From the NCBI GenBank assembly GCA_041571435.1, contig JBFFUI010000029.1, forward strand, positions 1 through 28,731: DNA of 28,731 nt, given 5' to 3'. The stretch is from Sulfurimonadaceae bacterium. Lineage in GTDB: Bacteria; Campylobacterota; Campylobacteria; Campylobacterales; Sulfurimonadaceae. Positions 26,695 to 28,731 of the stretch are shown piece by piece. Position 1 is the first letter of the stretch. The number at the start of each line of letters is the position of its first letter. The notes under the pieces are model-generated. The model made no database searches and was not told the DNA's origin. It was given only the letters and a program-made list of their open reading frames with translations. The translations under genes and the position numbers were made by a program.

Positions 26695-27002
26695 AAGCAT
26701 CTGCTTCAATGCGACTGTTTGTCTATTCATATTATATAGAGCATTTATAGAGTCGAGCAAGGTGCTCTCTGATAGAGAGTCCAACTGTGTAATACGTGTG
26801 CGACTCTGTGCAGGCTATAGCGTTCCAAATACTTCAACGTTTTTAGCCCTCTTGAGATTTTAACTCCCCCTCTTAAAGTACCTGCCTGCCACAAATAGAA
26901 GCATTTTTGCTAGGTTGATTTTTTGCATCTGAAAAATCTCTGTTACGCATGGTATCTGATGGTAAAAATAGAGTGGATTTCACTCATAACTTAAGCTTAT
27001 TG

Positions 27003-27011
27003 TGCTATACT
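27003..27011 (+). promoter_or_regulatory. Extended -10 promoter of acpP
   Basis: TGcTATACT preceded by TTAAGC; RBS AGGAG before ATG 27043. Confidence 0.7.
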
Positions 27012-27042
27012 TTCCCAAATTTTTAAATGAACAGGAGCTATT

Positions 27043-27273
27043 ATGGCACTTATCGATGACATCAAAGAGGTAGTTGTTGAACAACTTAGCGTTAACCCGG
27101 ATGAGGTTAAGGAAGAATCAAAATTCGTTGAAGATCTAGGCGCTGACAGCCTTGACGTTGTTGAACTTGTAATGGCTCTTGAAGAGAAGTTTGATATCGA
27201 AATCCCTGATGATGAAGCAGAGAAGATCCAAACAGTTCAAGACGTTCTTAACTACGTAGAGAGCAAAGCGTAA
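27043..27273 (+). CDS. acpP: Acyl carrier protein
   Basis: [20 protein letters not shown] with the phosphopantetheine Ser. Confidence 0.99.
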   Translation: MALIDDIKEVVVEQLSVNPDEVKEESKFVEDLGADSLDVVELVMALEEKFDIEIPDDEAEKIQTVQDVLNYVESKA

Positions 27274-27275
27274 TT

Positions 27276-27296
27276 TAAAGGCTTCGGCCTTTATTC
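27276..27296 (+). terminator. Hairpin/partial terminator after acpP
   Basis: TAAAGGC-TTCG-GCCTTTA (cUUCGg tetraloop) followed by TTC. Confidence 0.7.
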
Positions 27297-27362
27297 ACTG
27301 TTTTTAAATGAGAGCTTTATGAAGCTGATATTTAAGAACATTTATCATTTTAGGAGATCGAT

Positions 27363-28580
27363 GTGAGAAGAGTTGTAGTAACAGGTATTGGTATGATCAA
27401 TGCAGTTGGAAATGATAAAGAGAGCGCTTTTAAAGCAATTTGTGATGGTGTCTGCGGGATTGACACGATTTCATTGTTTGACGCCTCTAACCAAACGGCA
27501 CAGATCGCAGCAGAAGTAAAAGATTTTGATCCATCAACAGTGATGGAGGCAAAAGAGGTGAAAAAAGCAGATCGCTTTATTCAACTTGGTCTGAAAGCAG
27601 CTCAAGAAGCGATGGCAGACGCTAATTTCGGCGATGGCATCGACATGGAGCGTTTCGGTATTTCTGCGGCTTCAGGTATTGGTGGTCTACCGTCTATCGA
27701 AAAGAACTCTATTATTTACAGTGAGCGCGGACCGCGCCGTATCTCGCCATTTTTTATTCCGGGTGCGCTGGTGAATATGCTTGGCGGATTTGTCACGATC
27801 GACCATAACCTGAAAGGGCCAAACCTTTCAGCCGTAACAGCGTGTGCTGCAGGTACACACAGTGTCTCTGAAGCGGCAAAGACGATCATGTGTAATGGTG
27901 CTGACCGTATGCTAGTTGTGGCTGCAGAATCCGCAGTAACAGGCGTCGGAATCGGAGGCTTTGCTTCAATGAAAGCCCTTTCGACAAACAATGATGAGCC
28001 GAAAAAAGCTTCCCGCCCATTTGATGCCAACCGTAACGGTTTTGTCATGGGTGAGGGTGCCGGAGCACTTGTTCTTGAAGAGTATGAAGCAGCAGTGGCG
28101 CGTGGTGCGAATATCTATGCTGAACTCGTCGGTTTCGGTGAGAGCGGTGACGCCAACCACATCACAACACCAAGTCTGGATGGTCCACTTCGCGCTATGA
28201 AAGCGGCCTACAAGATGGCTGGCGAGCCTAAGATCGATTATGTCAATGCACACGGTACTTCGACACCGGTTAATGACAAAAATGAAACTGCAGCACTTAA
28301 AGAGCTGTTCGACGGTAAAGAGAATTGTCCTCCTGTCTCTTCGACAAAGGGGCAGACAGGTCACTGTCTAGGTGCTGCCGGCGGTATTGAGGCTGTAGTC
28401 TCTATCATGGCGATGCGTGACGGTATTATTCCTCCGACGATCAACTATGAGACACCGGATGAGAACTGTGATCTTGACATTGTTCCAAATAAAGCACGTA
28501 AAGCAGAACTAAACTGTGTTATGAGCAACTCTTTTGGTTTTGGCGGCACTAACGGTGTTGTCATCTTCAAAAAGATATAG
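27363..28580 (+). CDS. fabF: 3-oxoacyl-ACP synthase II
   Basis: RRVVVTGIG, TACAAG (Cys), NAHGTST and GHCLGAAG (His, His), SNSFGFGG. GTG start after AGGAG. Confidence 0.97.
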   Translation: MRRVVVTGIGMINAVGNDKESAFKAICDGVCGIDTISLFDASNQTAQIAAEVKDFDPSTVMEAKEVKKADRFIQLGLKAAQEAMADANFGDGIDMERFGISAASGIGGLPSIEKNSIIYSERGPRRISPFFIPGALVNMLGGFVTIDHNLKGPNLSAVTACAAGTHSVSEAAKTIMCNGADRMLVVAAESAVTGVGIGGFASMKALSTNNDEPKKASRPFDANRNGFVMGEGAGALVLEEYEAAVARGANIYAELVGFGESGDANHITTPSLDGPLRAMKAAYKMAGEPKIDYVNAHGTSTPVNDKNETAALKELFDGKENCPPVSSTKGQTGHCLGAAGGIEAVVSIMAMRDGIIPPTINYETPDENCDLDIVPNKARKAELNCVMSNSFGFGGTNGVVIFKKI

Positions 28581-28595
28581 GCAAGGACACTAGTT

Positions 28596-28731
28596 TTGGC
28601 GACATACCTCGATTTTGAACAGAAGATCAAACAGATCCAAGAAGATATCATTTCAGCAGAAGTCCGTCATGACAAACATGCTGCAGAGATCCTTCAGGCT
28701 GATCTTGACAAAGAGGTAGCTAAGACCTACA
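28596..28731 (+). CDS. accA: Acetyl-CoA carboxylase carboxyltransferase alpha, 5' part (runs off window)
   Basis: TTG start after AAGGA; reads MATYLDFEQKIKQIQEDIISAEVRHDKHAAEILQADLDKEVAKTY. YLDFE is the AccA N-terminal motif, and the fabF-accA order fits. Confidence 0.88.
   Translation, partial: MATYLDFEQKIKQIQEDIISAEVRHDKHAAEILQADLDKEVAKTY

Noticed and set aside
26860-26950. Two 22-25 codon minus-strand ORFs in the fabG-acpP spacer
   Set aside because: No RBS and no recognisable features; this length is expected by chance.
37-28651. The many short or antisense ORFs in the six-frame track (e.g. 554-1474 -, 10278-10826 -, 24876-25379 -, 25392-25925 -)
   Set aside because: They overlap well-supported genes, show no recognisable motifs and are typical shadow ORFs.
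1-28731. CRISPR arrays, IS transposases, defence genes, long poly-G/C phase-variable tracts
   Set aside because: None seen; almost all of the window is accounted for by housekeeping genes.

Overview
Core-genome window from a Campylobacterota bacterium, most like Sulfurimonas-type organisms (inferred from the nuoX-type gene, NuoG signatures, gene order and TGn-TATAAT promoters). 1-14.3 kb holds the distal part of a complex I (nuo) operon: the 3' end of the small NuoE-replacing gene (nuoX-like), a 665-aa fusion of a NuoF-N3-like domain and a GltD/NfnL-type NADPH flavoprotein resembling Geobacter SfrB, two tandem full-length nuoG paralogues, then nuoHIJKLMN and a terminator. After it come a DUF1439-like secreted protein, a degenerate HerA/FtsK-like P-loop protein, ispE-truB-uvrD (without the csrA and smpB normally found here), a LysR regulator, proC, tRNA-Phe with a ~106-bp palindromic element at its 3' end, murD-mraY, gpmI, fabG, acpP, fabF and the start of accA. 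The best candidate for a poorly described system is a complex I with an SfrAB-like NADPH input module and two divergent NuoG subunits. Family assignments come from motif recognition and recalled homologue sequences; no database search was run.
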